64,000 nucleotides of DNA from an uncultured Gammaproteobacteria bacterium (GCA_964597575.1 CAZQXB010000001.1:128964-192963); one strand, 5' to 3'. Counted from the first letter of the stretch, positions 28,970-40,184 are shown. Made by a program: numbers and translations. The notes: generated from the letters alone by a model not told the origin.

Positions 28970-29617
28970 TTACCCCAAAAGAGCACGCAGGTTCTTCATA
29001 TTCTCTTCTGGACGCAAATCATTTTTAAAAATTGCACTGCCAGGGCACACGGCCGATACGCCAGCGCCTGCGAGGGTAGGAAGAGTTTTTTCATTGACCC
29101 CGCCATCAACTGCAATGCGAAGCGACGGATGCATTTGGCGAAGTGCCCGCACTCGTTCAATAGTTTCATCCACGAATGGCTGGCCTTGTAAGCCTGGGGT
29201 AACACCCATGAGCATGACTCCAGAAATGTGTGACAGAAGAGGTTCTATGACTGAAAGAGGGGTGTCTGGTTTAAGAACAATGTGAACAGGAAGACCAAAA
29301 TCTTTGGCCCGAGTAAGTTCGGTGACCGGGTCAACCAAAGATTCCACATGAAGTAAAACCCGTACTAAGCGTTTTGTTTTTACCCATACTTCAAGATCAC
29401 GCACAGGGTTCGCAGTCATGAAATGAAGCTCCACATCTGTGGTTCGAAGCAGGGCCATAGCTTCGGTGGGGTGTTCATAGGCCCAGGTAGGCTGTGGAAC
29501 AAAAACACCGTCAGCAAGGTCAATTTGAACGGTTTGGGCGACACCTTTAATTCCTTCAATACAGAGAGTAAAAAAAAGCTTATCGCTCGCAAGAATTGAG
29601 GGGATAATTTCGACCAT
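28970..29617 (-). CDS. rpe: Ribulose-phosphate 3-epimerase
   Basis: 'IIPSILA', 'QIDLADGVFV', 'ELHFM', 'MGVTPGLQGQ.F', 'VDGGVN'. Confidence 0.92.
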   Translation of the reverse strand: MVEIIPSILASDKLFFTLCIEGIKGVAQTVQIDLADGVFVPQPTWAYEHPTEAMALLRTTDVELHFMTANPVRDLEVWVKTKRLVRVLLHVESLVDPVTELTRAKDFGLPVHIVLKPDTPLSVIEPLLSHISGVMLMGVTPGLQGQPFVDETIERVRALRQMHPSLRIAVDGGVNEKTLPTLAGAGVSAVCPGSAIFKNDLRPEENMKNLRALLG

Positions 29618-29620
29618 ACG

Positions 29621-30064
29621 CTACGAGAGAAGGGATTCCACCTTTTTAAGGCGTCTTTTGTGCCGTTCTTCGTTTGAAAACGAAGCTGCCAGCCAGTGTT
29701 TTACAACCGCGATGGCATGGTCTTCGGACCCTAATTTTGCCGCTAAACACAGCACGTTGGTGTTATCGTCAGTCTTCATGGTTTCGGCGGCCATAATGTT
29801 ATAACCAAGACCTGCTCGAACACCAGCTACCTTGTTCGCGACCATACACACCCCAACACCATTCTGGCAGATAAGAATTCCAAGGGCTTTCGGGTCAGCA
29901 GCGACTTTTTTTGCAAGGGGAATGGCGTAATCCGGGTAATCATCGTCTTCCTTGTATTCGGCTGGACCAAGGTCCGCTACTTCAGTTTTTTGCTCGTTCT
30001 CAAAAAAGCGAAGAAGGCGTTTTTTCAGGTGATAGCCGGCGTGATCAGAAGCAATATAGAGCAT
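29621..30064 (-). CDS. rpiB: Ribose-5-phosphate isomerase B
   Basis: 'IASDHAGY.LK', 'DDYPDYA', 'ANKVAGVRA', 'RHKRRLKK'. Confidence 0.92.
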   Translation of the reverse strand: MLYIASDHAGYHLKKRLLRFFENEQKTEVADLGPAEYKEDDDYPDYAIPLAKKVAADPKALGILICQNGVGVCMVANKVAGVRAGLGYNIMAAETMKTDDNTNVLCLAAKLGSEDHAIAVVKHWLAASFSNEERHKRRLKKVESLLS

Positions 30065-30197
30065 AGGAAATCATAAAGGAAACACCTTTTTAGTATAGCA
30101 AGGAGTGTTTGGGAAAACAAAGGGGGGAGATTTTCGCAGAAACGATTGACAAAATCGTTTTTTTCGACTATAAAAATGAAGAAGGAGAAACGGAAAA

Positions 30198-30500
30198 ATG
30201 GCCGAAGAATCAATAACCAGAAAAAGAATCACAGTGCTCGATAGTTTCGCACGCGCTATCCGCCCTGCTTCAGGAGCAAAGGAGCTCACCCGTGAGCAAG
30301 CAGGTCTGAAGGAGGCGCTGCAGAATCTCATCGTCCGGAGTAGTAGGGATACCGGGTTGTTCAGGAATCTGTTCATGCCCGGTTTTCTCGAGGTACTCTT
30401 GAAGGTGAGAGATGATGTGCAGCATGGGGCTGAGCCAGCGCCGGTGGAGACGCCTGCGGCAGTGCGGCAGAACGACGGTGAGGTCGATAGCGGCCGCTAG
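30198..30500 (+). CDS. Orphan hypothetical protein with its own promoter, SD and terminator
   Basis: TTGACA-17-TATAAA at 30146-30174, GAAGGAG SD, GC-rich hairpin at ~30520-30552. Confidence 0.65.
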   Translation: MAEESITRKRITVLDSFARAIRPASGAKELTREQAGLKEALQNLIVRSSRDTGLFRNLFMPGFLEVLLKVRDDVQHGAEPAPVETPAAVRQNDGEVDSGR

Positions 30501-30618
30501 TACGCGAACATCAGCTCGAATGCCGGCCAGGGTTCATCCTCTGGCCGGCGTCTCTCTTTTTCTTGACAGCACACCCATTCTCTCGTACAGTACCTCTATT
30601 CATGTACGCATTTGTACG

Positions 30619-30796
30619 CTCTGCTATCAACAGAGTCCCGTAGGGAATGGAGAGAAAGAAATCCCCTCAAAAGGAGAGTAAAATCTCTCGGGTCGGCCCG
30701 TTATAGCCTTAAAGTAAGTGTCTTTGTCCCAAGCAAAGAAAGTGAGATGGTACCATCCCGTAAACAGGGATTCTCGCACGACCAACGTGTTTTTTT
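30619..30796 (+). promoter_or_regulatory. T-box riboswitch leader of ileS
   Basis: Antiterminator GAGA-TGGTACC-ATCCC...GGGAT-TCTC (30744-30775), AGTA and CCCGTTAT motifs, ATC (Ile) specifier candidates at 30626 and 30661; promoter TTGACA-17-TACAGT at 30563-30591. Confidence 0.75.
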
Positions 30797-30804
30797 GTTT
30801 TTTT

Positions 30805-33729
30805 ATGCCCTATAACGCGAACGAAGAAGAGAAAAAAGTCCAAAAATTTTGGGAAGAAAAGCAGATTTTTGAAAAATCCGTTTCTTTGCGACCAGAAAAC
30901 AAACCCTATACGTTTTACGATGGTCCACCATTTGCAACCGGATTGCCCCACTATGGGCATATTTCTGTAAGTGTTATTAAAGATATTGTCGGTCGGTATT
31001 TTTCCATGAAAGGATATCGAGTAGAGCGTCGTTGGGGTTGGGATTGCCACGGACTCCCAATTGAAAACCTTGTAGAAAAAGAAAAAGGTTTTTCGGGTCG
31101 GCCAGACATTTTGGCGTATGGAGTCGACAAATTTAACGAAGCCTGCCGCGACACTGTTTTGCGCTACCGCGAAGAGTGGAAATTGACCATCAAGCGTATG
31201 GGTCGTTTTGTCGACATGGAAAATGACTACAAAACCATGGACACGCCCTTTATGGAGAGTGTCTGGTGGGTATTTTCTGAGCTATATAAAAAAGGGCTTA
31301 TCTATGAAGGGCATAAAGCCATGCATATTTGTCCGCATTGCGTGACCCCACTTTCTAATTTTGAAGTGACCGACGGTTATAAGGATGTCAAAGATATTTC
31401 AGTATATGCGTCGTTTAAGTTAAAGAATCCAGAAAAGGTTTTGGCAGTAACAGGTGATGTGTATGCGATTGCCTGGACAACGACACCGTGGACATTGCCG
31501 GGAAATGTGGCCTTAGCCGTAAACAAAGAAGTGGTATACGTGGTTGTGAGTATTGAGGGCGATGAAAAGAAATATCTTTTAGCGAAAGAATTGGTCAATG
31601 CGGTTATCGATAACAAGGTGTACCAAGTACTTGAAGAGGTGACGGGGGCAGCACTTCAGGGCGTAGAGTATGAACCACTTTTTCCTTATTTTAAGGATAC
31701 CGAAAATGCATTTCGTATTGTCGCTGCTGATTTTGTCTCAACCGAAAGTGGCGCTGGAATTGTACATATCGCACCAGCGTTCGGTGAAGACGATTATAAT
31801 TTGGGAAAGCGTGAAAAAATACCTCTTGTGCAACATGTTGGAATGGACGGAAAGTTTACCAAAGACGTGACCGATTTCGTAGGGATTGATGTGAAGCCAA
31901 AAGATGACCCTACGGCGACCGATGTTCTTGTTATTAAATGGCTGGCCGGGAAAGGACAGTTATTTGCAAAGAAAAAAATTGAACATAGTTATCCACATTG
32001 TTGGCGCTGTGATACCCCGCTTTTGAATTATGCCACCTCAAGTTGGTTTGTGAAGGTGGAACACATGAAAAAGCAGCTTCTTGAAAATAATCAAAAAACA
32101 TCATGGGTTCCGAATCACATGCGCGATGGCCGATTTGGGAACTGGCTTGAAGGGGCTCATGATTGGGCAATTTCTCGAAACCGATTTTGGGGAACGCCAC
32201 TCCCTGTTTGGAAAAGTGAGGACGGGGAAGTGCTTTGCGTAGGTTCGGTTAAAGAATTGGAAACACTGACAGGAAAAACAGTAACTGATCTTCATAAACA
32301 CATTGTGGACGATTTGGTGATCGAGAAGAACGGAAAAACATTTAAAAGAATTCCTGAAGTGCTCGACTGTTGGTTTGAGTCAGGTTCAATGCCATACGGG
32401 CAAATGCATTACCCGTTTGAAAATAAGGAAAAATTTGAAGCAGGATTTCCAGCGAATTTTATTGGTGAAGCTCAAGATCAAACTCGTGGTTGGTTCTACA
32501 CCTTGCATGTGCTCGCTACGGCGCTCACACTTGGTGATAAGCCGTCTATTCCTGTGCGTGAGTCGGTTCCAGCGTTTCAAAATGTGATTGTGAACGGAAT
32601 CGTGCTTGCAGAAGACGGAAAAAAGATGAGTAAAAAGTTAAAAAATTATCCTGATCCGAATGAAATTATTGCTAAATACGGAGTTGATGCAGTCCGCTAT
32701 TATTTAGCAGTCTCACCGGTGATGCATGCAGAAAATTTGAATTTTTCCGAAGCCGGAGTACGAGAGGTATATAACAAAATCGTAAACACGCTTGCAAACG
32801 TGCTCGTATTTTACGAATCATTTGCCGAAGATGCCAAAGAATCTTCGAAGCCAAGTCTACATGTGCTTGATATTTGGATTCATGCCAAACTTCGCGAGTG
32901 TGTTCGTGAGGTGTCTCGTGGGCTTGAAAGTTATGCTCTTGCAGAAGCCGCTCGGCCAATCGGTGCGTTCGTTGATGTACTTTCAACCTGGTGGTTGCGT
33001 CGTAGCCGTGATCGTTTTAAGGGAGAGGACGAAGCAGATAAGCAGCACGCACTTTTAACACTCAAATCGATTCTCCAAGAATTCTCTAAAGTGTTAGCTC
33101 CTTTTGCTCCGTTTATGGCAGAGGTGTTGTATCAAAAAACAAACGGTGCCATGGAAAGTGTTCATTTGGAATTATGGCCTTCTGTTTTAGAGAATGAGAC
33201 GGCTGAGGTTCAGAAAGTGATCGATACAATGAGTCAGACCCGTATTTTGGTCGAATTAGGGCTTTCCCTTCGAGCTGAGGAAGCCGTAAAAGTGCGTCAG
33301 GTGCTTCAAAGTGTTGCCACGACTCCAGAATTGCCGTCAGAATTCGCCGCGATTCTTCTTGAAGAATTGAACGTGAAAGAAATGAAAAAGATCGACGACA
33401 TGCGTGAGCATTCTTCTTCCTGGAAGGAAAAAGAAGGGGAGGGTTGTCGTGTCATTCTCGATACTGAAATAACAGAAGCACTTCGTATTGAAGGATTTCT
33501 TCGTGATCTCATTCGTACAATTAATCAAAAAAGAAAAGAAATGAAATTAACGCGAGAAACCGCGATTCATTTGGGGATTACCGGGGGCGAGATGACAAAA
33601 AAGGTTGTGTCTCAATATGCAGAGGAACTCATGCGTCAAGTTATCGCAAAAGAAATACAAGACGCCGTGGACGAAGACACTGTTGATGTGGCCGGGGAGT
33701 CTGTGAAAATACATATTCAGGCCGTGTAG
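30805..33729 (+). CDS. ileS: Isoleucine--tRNA ligase (IleRS type 2-like)
   Basis: 'FYDGPPFATGLPHYGH', 'WTTTPWTLPGN', 'DWAISRNRFWGTP', 'KMSK'. Confidence 0.97.
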   Translation: MPYNANEEEKKVQKFWEEKQIFEKSVSLRPENKPYTFYDGPPFATGLPHYGHISVSVIKDIVGRYFSMKGYRVERRWGWDCHGLPIENLVEKEKGFSGRPDILAYGVDKFNEACRDTVLRYREEWKLTIKRMGRFVDMENDYKTMDTPFMESVWWVFSELYKKGLIYEGHKAMHICPHCVTPLSNFEVTDGYKDVKDISVYASFKLKNPEKVLAVTGDVYAIAWTTTPWTLPGNVALAVNKEVVYVVVSIEGDEKKYLLAKELVNAVIDNKVYQVLEEVTGAALQGVEYEPLFPYFKDTENAFRIVAADFVSTESGAGIVHIAPAFGEDDYNLGKREKIPLVQHVGMDGKFTKDVTDFVGIDVKPKDDPTATDVLVIKWLAGKGQLFAKKKIEHSYPHCWRCDTPLLNYATSSWFVKVEHMKKQLLENNQKTSWVPNHMRDGRFGNWLEGAHDWAISRNRFWGTPLPVWKSEDGEVLCVGSVKELETLTGKTVTDLHKHIVDDLVIEKNGKTFKRIPEVLDCWFESGSMPYGQMHYPFENKEKFEAGFPANFIGEAQDQTRGWFYTLHVLATALTLGDKPSIPVRESVPAFQNVIVNGIVLAEDGKKMSKKLKNYPDPNEIIAKYGVDAVRYYLAVSPVMHAENLNFSEAGVREVYNKIVNTLANVLVFYESFAEDAKESSKPSLHVLDIWIHAKLRECVREVSRGLESYALAEAARPIGAFVDVLSTWWLRRSRDRFKGEDEADKQHALLTLKSILQEFSKVLAPFAPFMAEVLYQKTNGAMESVHLELWPSVLENETAEVQKVIDTMSQTRILVELGLSLRAEEAVKVRQVLQSVATTPELPSEFAAILLEELNVKEMKKIDDMREHSSSWKEKEGEGCRVILDTEITEALRIEGFLRDLIRTINQKRKEMKLTRETAIHLGITGGEMTKKVVSQYAEELMRQVIAKEIQDAVDEDTVDVAGESVKIHIQAV

Positions 33730-33860
33730 TTTCGCACGGGTACTTTACTTATACAAGACGCACGAAAAGAGTACGTCTTGTGTTTTTGTTTACCTTGACA
33801 AAAGCCACTTTTTACGGTACGGTTAATTTCGCCAAATTTACTGGTACAACAGGAGGAACA

Positions 33861-34454
33861 ATGAGCAGTCTGCTCGTATCGCGTGTGGGACTTCAGCGCG
33901 GGTTCTGCGGAAAACCTATCTATTCGCTGAATAGTGGTGCTACGATGCGTGCCTTGTGCCATTTGAAATATAAGTCGAAGGGTGTTGCTGTCGAAATTTG
34001 TAGGGATAGCTGCGGTGAGGGGCTTGTGAGTGTTTCTGCGGTTCCTGGAATGTGGCTCCCTCTTCTTTCCCCGTGGTTTGTCCTTTTCTCGAGAATTACC
34101 TGGCACAGTCCAGCTCAGGGAGTACCTTCTTCTTGGGGTATGAAAGAGGTGCTTGGATTTACCGAAATGCACCTGCGGTGGATGGCCACCTCGAGGGTGC
34201 CGGGGGAGATAAGTTCTCGGAGAGCCGATTTATCGACAGGCGTAGGGGCGACGGTTTTTCTCCGCCTTCTGCGCTGTGATCCGGAACTCATGATCACCCG
34301 TGAGATTCTTGATCCCTTCTGCGATGTCTGGTCTGATTACCTTGACAGGTATAATGGGCAGTGTATCGATGGCCTCCTTGAACGGGTTCGCGGGAAGATA
34401 GAGAGGTCCTTCTCGTTGCCAACCGCTACTTCAGGCCGCGTGAATTCGGAGTGA
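33861..34454 (+). CDS. Orphan hypothetical protein
   Basis: AGGAGG SD before ATG 33861; upstream TTGACA-17-TACGGT. Confidence 0.6.
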   Translation: MSSLLVSRVGLQRGFCGKPIYSLNSGATMRALCHLKYKSKGVAVEICRDSCGEGLVSVSAVPGMWLPLLSPWFVLFSRITWHSPAQGVPSSWGMKEVLGFTEMHLRWMATSRVPGEISSRRADLSTGVGATVFLRLLRCDPELMITREILDPFCDVWSDYLDRYNGQCIDGLLERVRGKIERSFSLPTATSGRVNSE

Positions 34455-34605
34455 TCGGAACCAGGGGGGTCCGCTCACTTCTTTTGTTTTACTGCTTTGA
34501 AGTGCATAACTTTTCTTGACAGTGGGTATTTGGAGTGGTGTACTACTGTTGCCCCGCATAATCGTTTTTTACCTACCAAGAAAAAGAAAGTGAAAGAGGT
34601 GAGCC

Positions 34606-35193
34606 ATGAGTGCGTTGGAGCCTCGGCAAAAGAAAATGTGGGAGTTGTCCACGGACGCTGTCTACGGCTACCTGTTCTGCGAAGAGTTTGATCGGGCCGC
34701 ACAGTACTTGGTGAGGTATAGACATCTGGTCAACCTCAAGCTGCGGAAAGTACGGATCTCCAAGAGAGATCAACGAGACGCGGTGGAAGTCAAGGCGTGT
34801 GAAGGGAGGCTACCCTTTCTTACCCCCGTGTACCTCCTGTTCGGAGAGAGCCTGTGGTGTCTTGGAAGAACACCCCTTGTTGCCCCTGTGCGCCAAGAGA
34901 CTCTCATCCTGGCCGGGCTCGACCTTCTTTCATGTTTGCGTGCGCACAAAGACCCCCCTTCGCCGGGCAGCTACTGGCATGATCTGGCAATACAGACGCT
35001 GTACTTCTTCAAGTGCCTCACGGTCGACCTGAGCCGCGTGCCTGAACACCCGATGCATCCTTTCTTGCGCGGATGGCAGCAAGTGTTGGGGAACTGTGAT
35101 GGGGCCGTGAGCGAGGCAATAATCTGGGGTGAACGGTTTTTAGATCGGTCTGTCGAAACAGGTGATCTGAGAGTCGTACCCGAGATTTGGTAG
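34606..35193 (+). CDS. Orphan hypothetical protein
   Basis: GAGGTG SD; upstream TTGACA-17-TGTACT at 34516-34544. Confidence 0.6.
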   Translation: MSALEPRQKKMWELSTDAVYGYLFCEEFDRAAQYLVRYRHLVNLKLRKVRISKRDQRDAVEVKACEGRLPFLTPVYLLFGESLWCLGRTPLVAPVRQETLILAGLDLLSCLRAHKDPPSPGSYWHDLAIQTLYFFKCLTVDLSRVPEHPMHPFLRGWQQVLGNCDGAVSEAIIWGERFLDRSVETGDLRVVPEIW

Positions 35194-35333
35194 TGGTTGG
35201 TGGGGGGTTCAGGAAGGGAAGCGTTGCATCGCCTCGTGCAACGTTTTCTTCTTTTTAGGCGTATAGAATGAGAGGTGGATATATGATAAACTAGAATAAA
35301 AGTGAGTGGTCAAGGTTCTACACATCACAACAT

Positions 35334-35909
35334 ATGATCAGTTTGATTTCCGGAAAAATTATAAAAAAAATAAAGCAACAGGTTATTATTTTGACTGCAG
35401 GGGGGGTAGGGTATACCGTCATGGTGAGTCCTAAAACACTTCTCGAACTCCCGATTGGTTCTGAACAGACCCTCGAAACATACCTTAAAGTGAGTGACTC
35501 GTCTCTAGAATTATTCGGCTTTCAGGCTGAGGGAGAACGGTTTTTTTTCGAAGAACTTCTGAGTGTCTCAGGTGTTGGCCCAAAAACTGCGATGAGCATT
35601 CTTTCTTTAGGTTCCATTGATAAAATGAAGCAGGCTATTGCTCGAGGTGATGTAAAATATCTTACTGCAGTTCAGGGTATGGGAAAGAAAACCGCCGAGC
35701 GTCTAGTAGTTGAACTGAAAGGAAAAATGGCCATTCTTGGTGATGGAGATAGTTCTCCTGTGCAAGATGGTGTTATGGGTGAGGTCATTGAGGCACTTTT
35801 CTCTCTTGGATATGATAAAGACGAGGCAAAGCAGGCGGTTGAGCAGATAGAGGGAGAGGGTAGATCAACTGAGGAACTTCTTCGTGAGGCATTAAAAAAT
35901 TTACGGTAA
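35334..35909 (+). CDS. ruvA: Holliday junction branch migration protein RuvA
   Basis: 'GGVGY', 'LFGF', 'LLSVSGVGPKTA', 'GMGKKTAERLVVELK'. Confidence 0.96.
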   Translation: MISLISGKIIKKIKQQVIILTAGGVGYTVMVSPKTLLELPIGSEQTLETYLKVSDSSLELFGFQAEGERFFFEELLSVSGVGPKTAMSILSLGSIDKMKQAIARGDVKYLTAVQGMGKKTAERLVVELKGKMAILGDGDSSPVQDGVMGEVIEALFSLGYDKDEAKQAVEQIEGEGRSTEELLREALKNLR

Positions 35910-35914
35910 TCGTT

Positions 35915-36328
35915 ATGCAAGAAAATTTTTCTGGGCGTGATATATCAAAAAGAGAAGGAGAAGCTCGTGCTGAGATTCTGCAGCAAGGGAGAAATTTTCG
36001 AGGAGAGGCTGACGAGCAGGAGCAAGTGCATGAATTAAATAGCCGTATTATTCGTGCCCTTGAAGAAAACAACAGTACTCCGCGGGAGCGTGAGCAAGCT
36101 ATAACGTGGGCAAGAATCGGCCTGCGGTTTATTGCCCGAGCCGGTTTGTCTGTGAGTGAAGTGCAGCAGGATCGAGATTATGTACGGTTTACCCCTGTTC
36201 CAAAGAGTATCGATTTGTACCTTAACCTTCATGATGGGCGCTTGTATGCGAGAGAGGTGCAAGGGTACGCGACCGCACCCACACATCTTCAGAGTTATGA
36301 AGACGTACAGACCGTTCTCGAGATCTAG
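35915..36328 (+). CDS. Hypothetical protein
   Basis: ORF directly after ruvA, ends at a bidirectional terminator. Confidence 0.6.
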   Translation: MQENFSGRDISKREGEARAEILQQGRNFRGEADEQEQVHELNSRIIRALEENNSTPREREQAITWARIGLRFIARAGLSVSEVQQDRDYVRFTPVPKSIDLYLNLHDGRLYAREVQGYATAPTHLQSYEDVQTVLEI

Positions 36329-36332
36329 ATAA

Positions 36333-36363
36333 ATAAAAATAGCCCATATGGGCTATTTTTTAT
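36333..36363. terminator. Bidirectional terminator (palindrome)
   Basis: ATAAAAATAGCCCATATGGGCTATTTTTTAT between convergent genes. Confidence 0.8.
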
Positions 36364-36374
36364 GACGGACTTTT

Positions 36375-38852
36375 TTATACCATGGTCATGTTGGCGACCA
36401 CGTCTCCTTCTTCCTTGAAGCGCATAATTCGAACACCCTGTGTAGCGCGACCAAGTGAAGAGACGGATGAGAGTGGGGTGCGAACAACTTGCCCTTTCAT
36501 TGAGATCACCATAATATCAGTTGCGTCGTCAGCAGTGTTCACAATGCGGGCCCCCATAATACGACCCGTTTTTTCGGTTACGGCCATGGTTTTAATGCCG
36601 CTCCCACCACGTCCCTGAACCTTATATTCGCCAACCGGCGTGCGTTTTCCGAGCCCATGGGTTGAGATAACCAGAAGTTCAATAACACCTTGTTTAATGA
36701 GGTCTGGTGAAATAATATCCATGCCAACAATTTCATCGCTCGATTTTATTTTCATACCGCGAACCCCGGCTGCGGTGCGGCCCATCGCCCGAACATCAGC
36801 TTCACGAAAACGAATCGCTTGGCCCTCTGCCGTCACGAGTACAATGTCGTCTTTTCCTGTGGATGGGCGAACCCACTCTAACATGTCGTCTGGTTTAAGT
36901 TTTAAGGCAATAAGACCAGATCGACGAACATTCTCAAAGTCTTCAAGCGGGGTTTTCTTAATCGTTCCTTTGTTAGTTACCATGACCAAGAATTTGTACT
37001 TCGTAATGTCATCCATTGAAAGCATGGCAGACACTTTTTCATTTGGAGCAAGCTGTAAAAAATTCACCATGGCCTGACCTTTCGAGGTACGAGAGGCGAG
37101 TGGTACATCGTAAGCACGAAGTTGGAATACGCGACCGCGGTTCGTAAAGAATAGAAGGTTATCGTGAGTGTTTGTCGTAATGAGCTGATCAATAACATCT
37201 TCTTCTTTTGTGGTGAGCCCGACCACTCCTTTTCCGCCGCGATGCTGTGTTTTGAAGGTGTCTGTTGGGATACGTTTGATATACCCATCTTTGGTTGCCA
37301 TGACGATGGTGGGTTCGTTCGGTACCAAATCTTCGATGCTGAACTCCTTCACTCCATGGGCGATAATTTGGGTACGTCGCACGTCGCCAAAGCGGGCTTT
37401 AATATCAAGCGTTTCGGTTTTAATAAGCGCAAGGATTTTTTTCGCACTTCCAAGAATGGATTCAAGTTCTTTTATAAGCGCAAGTTTTTCTTTGAGCTCA
37501 TCTTCGATTTTCTGTCTTTCGAGGTTTGCGAGTTGCTGCAGGCGCATTTCAAGAATGGCGACCGCTTGGCGATCACTGAAATCAAACTTGCTCATGAGGT
37601 TTGCTTTGGCCTCATCTTTATCTTTTGATTTTCGAATGAGCGCAATAATGAGATCGATTTTGTCGAGTGCTTTTTTCAACCCCTCTAAAATATGAGCTCG
37701 ATCCTTGGCTTTGTTGAGGTCAAATTCCGTACGACGGCGCACTACGACTTCACGGTGTTTAATGTGTTCTTCAAGAACGTTTTTAATGTTTAAGACACGT
37801 GGCTGGATACCATCAATAAGCGCCAACATGTTCACGTGGAAGGTAGTCTGGAGCTCGGTCATTTGGTAGAGTGCATTTTGCACTTTTTTCGGATAAGAAT
37901 CTTTTTTGAGTTCAATCACAATGCGAACACCATCTTTGTTTGACTCATCGCGCAAATCTTTAATACCCTCAAGTTTCTTTTCCTGTACCAAATTCGCAAT
38001 TTTTTCAATGAACGTCGCTTTGTTCATTTGGTAAGGAATTTCCGAAATAATAATGCGAAAGGTTCCGGTTTTTGATTCCTGAATTTCGGTCTTTCCTCGA
38101 AGCACAATTCCTCCTCGGCCTGTTGCGTAGGCGGTGAGGATATCTTTTTTGTTGTAAATAATACCACCGGTTGGGAAGTCTGGGCCTTTGATAAACTCCA
38201 TGAGTTCTTCCACGGTAATTTTAGGGTTTTCAATTACCGCGGCCACACCATCACACAATTCTCCCAAATTATGAGGGGGAATGTTTGTGGCCATACCGAC
38301 CGCAATACCCATGCTTCCGTTTAGTAGCAAGTTTGGAATTTTGCTTGGGAGAACACGAGGCTCTTTTTGTGAGCCATCGTAGTTTGGGCCGAAATCGACG
38401 GTCTCTTTTTCAATATCAAATAACATTTCTTCGGCAAGTGCATGAAGTTTCGCTTCGGTGTAGCGCATGGCTGCGGCGCTGTCACTATCCATCGATCCAA
38501 AGTTTCCCTGCCCGTGTACAAGAGGGAGGCGCATGGAAAAATCTTGCGCCATGCGAACCAAAGAATCATAAATTGCCGTATCTCCGTGAGGGTGGTACTT
38601 ACCCATCACGTCTCCGACAACACGAGCGGATTTGAGGTACTTCGCAGTATGGCGAAGACCAAGAAGCCACATCGCGTAGAGAATACGACGATGTACTGGC
38701 TTTAAGCCATCCCGCACATCGGGGAGGGCACGGGCCACGATAACACTCATGGCGTAGTCGAGGTACGACGTTTGCATTTCTTGAACCAAAGCAATTGGCT
38801 CTACTCTACCGAATGTACGGGGAAGAAGTTCTGGGGTGGATTTGTCTTTCAT
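36375..38852 (-). CDS. gyrA: DNA gyrase subunit A
   Basis: '[28 protein letters not shown]', 'YHPHGD', 'AAMRYTE', GyrA-box 'QHRGGKG'. Confidence 0.98.
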   Translation of the reverse strand: MKDKSTPELLPRTFGRVEPIALVQEMQTSYLDYAMSVIVARALPDVRDGLKPVHRRILYAMWLLGLRHTAKYLKSARVVGDVMGKYHPHGDTAIYDSLVRMAQDFSMRLPLVHGQGNFGSMDSDSAAAMRYTEAKLHALAEEMLFDIEKETVDFGPNYDGSQKEPRVLPSKIPNLLLNGSMGIAVGMATNIPPHNLGELCDGVAAVIENPKITVEELMEFIKGPDFPTGGIIYNKKDILTAYATGRGGIVLRGKTEIQESKTGTFRIIISEIPYQMNKATFIEKIANLVQEKKLEGIKDLRDESNKDGVRIVIELKKDSYPKKVQNALYQMTELQTTFHVNMLALIDGIQPRVLNIKNVLEEHIKHREVVVRRRTEFDLNKAKDRAHILEGLKKALDKIDLIIALIRKSKDKDEAKANLMSKFDFSDRQAVAILEMRLQQLANLERQKIEDELKEKLALIKELESILGSAKKILALIKTETLDIKARFGDVRRTQIIAHGVKEFSIEDLVPNEPTIVMATKDGYIKRIPTDTFKTQHRGGKGVVGLTTKEEDVIDQLITTNTHDNLLFFTNRGRVFQLRAYDVPLASRTSKGQAMVNFLQLAPNEKVSAMLSMDDITKYKFLVMVTNKGTIKKTPLEDFENVRRSGLIALKLKPDDMLEWVRPSTGKDDIVLVTAEGQAIRFREADVRAMGRTAAGVRGMKIKSSDEIVGMDIISPDLIKQGVIELLVISTHGLGKRTPVGEYKVQGRGGSGIKTMAVTEKTGRIMGARIVNTADDATDIMVISMKGQVVRTPLSSVSSLGRATQGVRIMRFKEEGDVVANMTMV

Positions 38853-38871
38853 AAAATTTTTTTGAACGGTC

Positions 38872-39405
38872 TTAGCGTATCACGGCAGTACTTGTTGTCG
38901 CAAGCGAGCTCGTCGTTGAAGTCCCTGTAGCAGGGGGCTCTTCACCTCCAAAAAGGACGGTGAAACTTTCGTTGAGAGCCGTGGTTGTATTCGTCGTTGA
39001 AGCCGCGGGAACTGTTTGCAGCTCTTGTGTTTGGTCGATTTTTTCAAAAAAGGAACTAATGTCGCGCCGCGTTTTGGGAAAAAGATTTTCCCCGTTGGTG
39101 TGAGAAAAGGCATCAGTGATAAACGTTCTTGCATTCCACCCCCACATGAGGATGATGAGGCCAATAAAAACCCCAACGCCGGTAAAAAGAAGTTTCTGCT
39201 TCTTTCGGTGCACTCCATCTGCAACCATGCGGAGGCTTTTTTTGGGCTCTTCGGAGCGATATTCTGACATCACTTTTTCCGGTACGCGCTCTACGGCCGC
39301 GGCAATTTCACGGGCGATTTCCGCAGAAACGCCAGGGTAATTGGCGTTTTCTTGGGAATTGGCTTTTTTCGATTTTTTTGTGGTTCGCGGACGCTTTGAG
39401 GGCAT
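38872..39405 (-). CDS. Single-TM hypothetical protein with Thr/Ser-rich tail
   Basis: Basic N-terminus, one TM helix, low-complexity C-terminus. Confidence 0.7.
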   Translation of the reverse strand: MPSKRPRTTKKSKKANSQENANYPGVSAEIAREIAAAVERVPEKVMSEYRSEEPKKSLRMVADGVHRKKQKLLFTGVGVFIGLIILMWGWNARTFITDAFSHTNGENLFPKTRRDISSFFEKIDQTQELQTVPAASTTNTTTALNESFTVLFGGEEPPATGTSTTSSLATTSTAVIR

Positions 39406-39417
39406 ACGCCGAGAGGG

Positions 39418-40032
39418 TTATTCTTTGGCTAAAACAACGACACGAGTTTCTTCCTGAGGTAAATCTTTTTTCTTGATAATGAGCTTTTTTTCTGGAGTTT
39501 GTGGCCCCATGCCAAACGATTTGAGAAATGTTTCCACTGGGGCAGCTGTGGGATCGGTGTCTGATGCAAAGGCAACGGGGATCACCATCCGAGGTTCAAG
39601 CGTATTCGTAATTTCCACTGCTTGCTCTGCATCAAGTGTTTTTCCTCCGCCTGTTGGGACACAGAGAATGTCTACCCCACCGAGTACGTCAAGTTCTTTT
39701 TCTGATAATTTCCCTTTCTTTTTGCCGAGGAAACCAACAGACAACCCTTCCGCGTCCAGTCGGCACACTAACTGGCCCGGAGTAGAGGAGCTTGCCATAG
39801 TCACAAGCACCCCCTTAATTTCGTACTCTCCAGAAGTTGCAACGACAAATGGTTCCCCAGAAAGCGTGATACTCCCTTCTTCGCCTTCGGTGTAAATTGC
39901 AATGTGAGGAGTCAGACTTCGTGGAAACGATCCGGTTGCAGGTTTATACGGGTCGATCACAATGGTAATGTCGTCTTCAAAAGGTTTTGCCTGAATTTTT
40001 ACTGCTGTTCCGCCGAGCCACGAAAAATGCAT
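39418..40032 (-). CDS. MBL-fold metallo-hydrolase-like protein (degenerate metal motifs)
   Basis: 'SWLG....KI', 'IVIDPY', 'GEYEIKGV', 'VDILCVP.GG', 'EPRMVIP'. Confidence 0.75.
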   Translation of the reverse strand: MHFSWLGGTAVKIQAKPFEDDITIVIDPYKPATGSFPRSLTPHIAIYTEGEEGSITLSGEPFVVATSGEYEIKGVLVTMASSSTPGQLVCRLDAEGLSVGFLGKKKGKLSEKELDVLGGVDILCVPTGGGKTLDAEQAVEITNTLEPRMVIPVAFASDTDPTAAPVETFLKSFGMGPQTPEKKLIIKKKDLPQEETRVVVLAKE

Positions 40033-40184
40033 ATGTGTATATATTCAATCAATATGTGATAGACAGAAGTATACTCTAAAAAATTTGCCTTGCCAACTCG
40101 TATGCCTTGTATTTTCGTGAAAAAAATTCTATGCTTCTTTTGGTAGAAAAGGGGTTGAATGCGGTATTTCATTTTTTGAAACAC

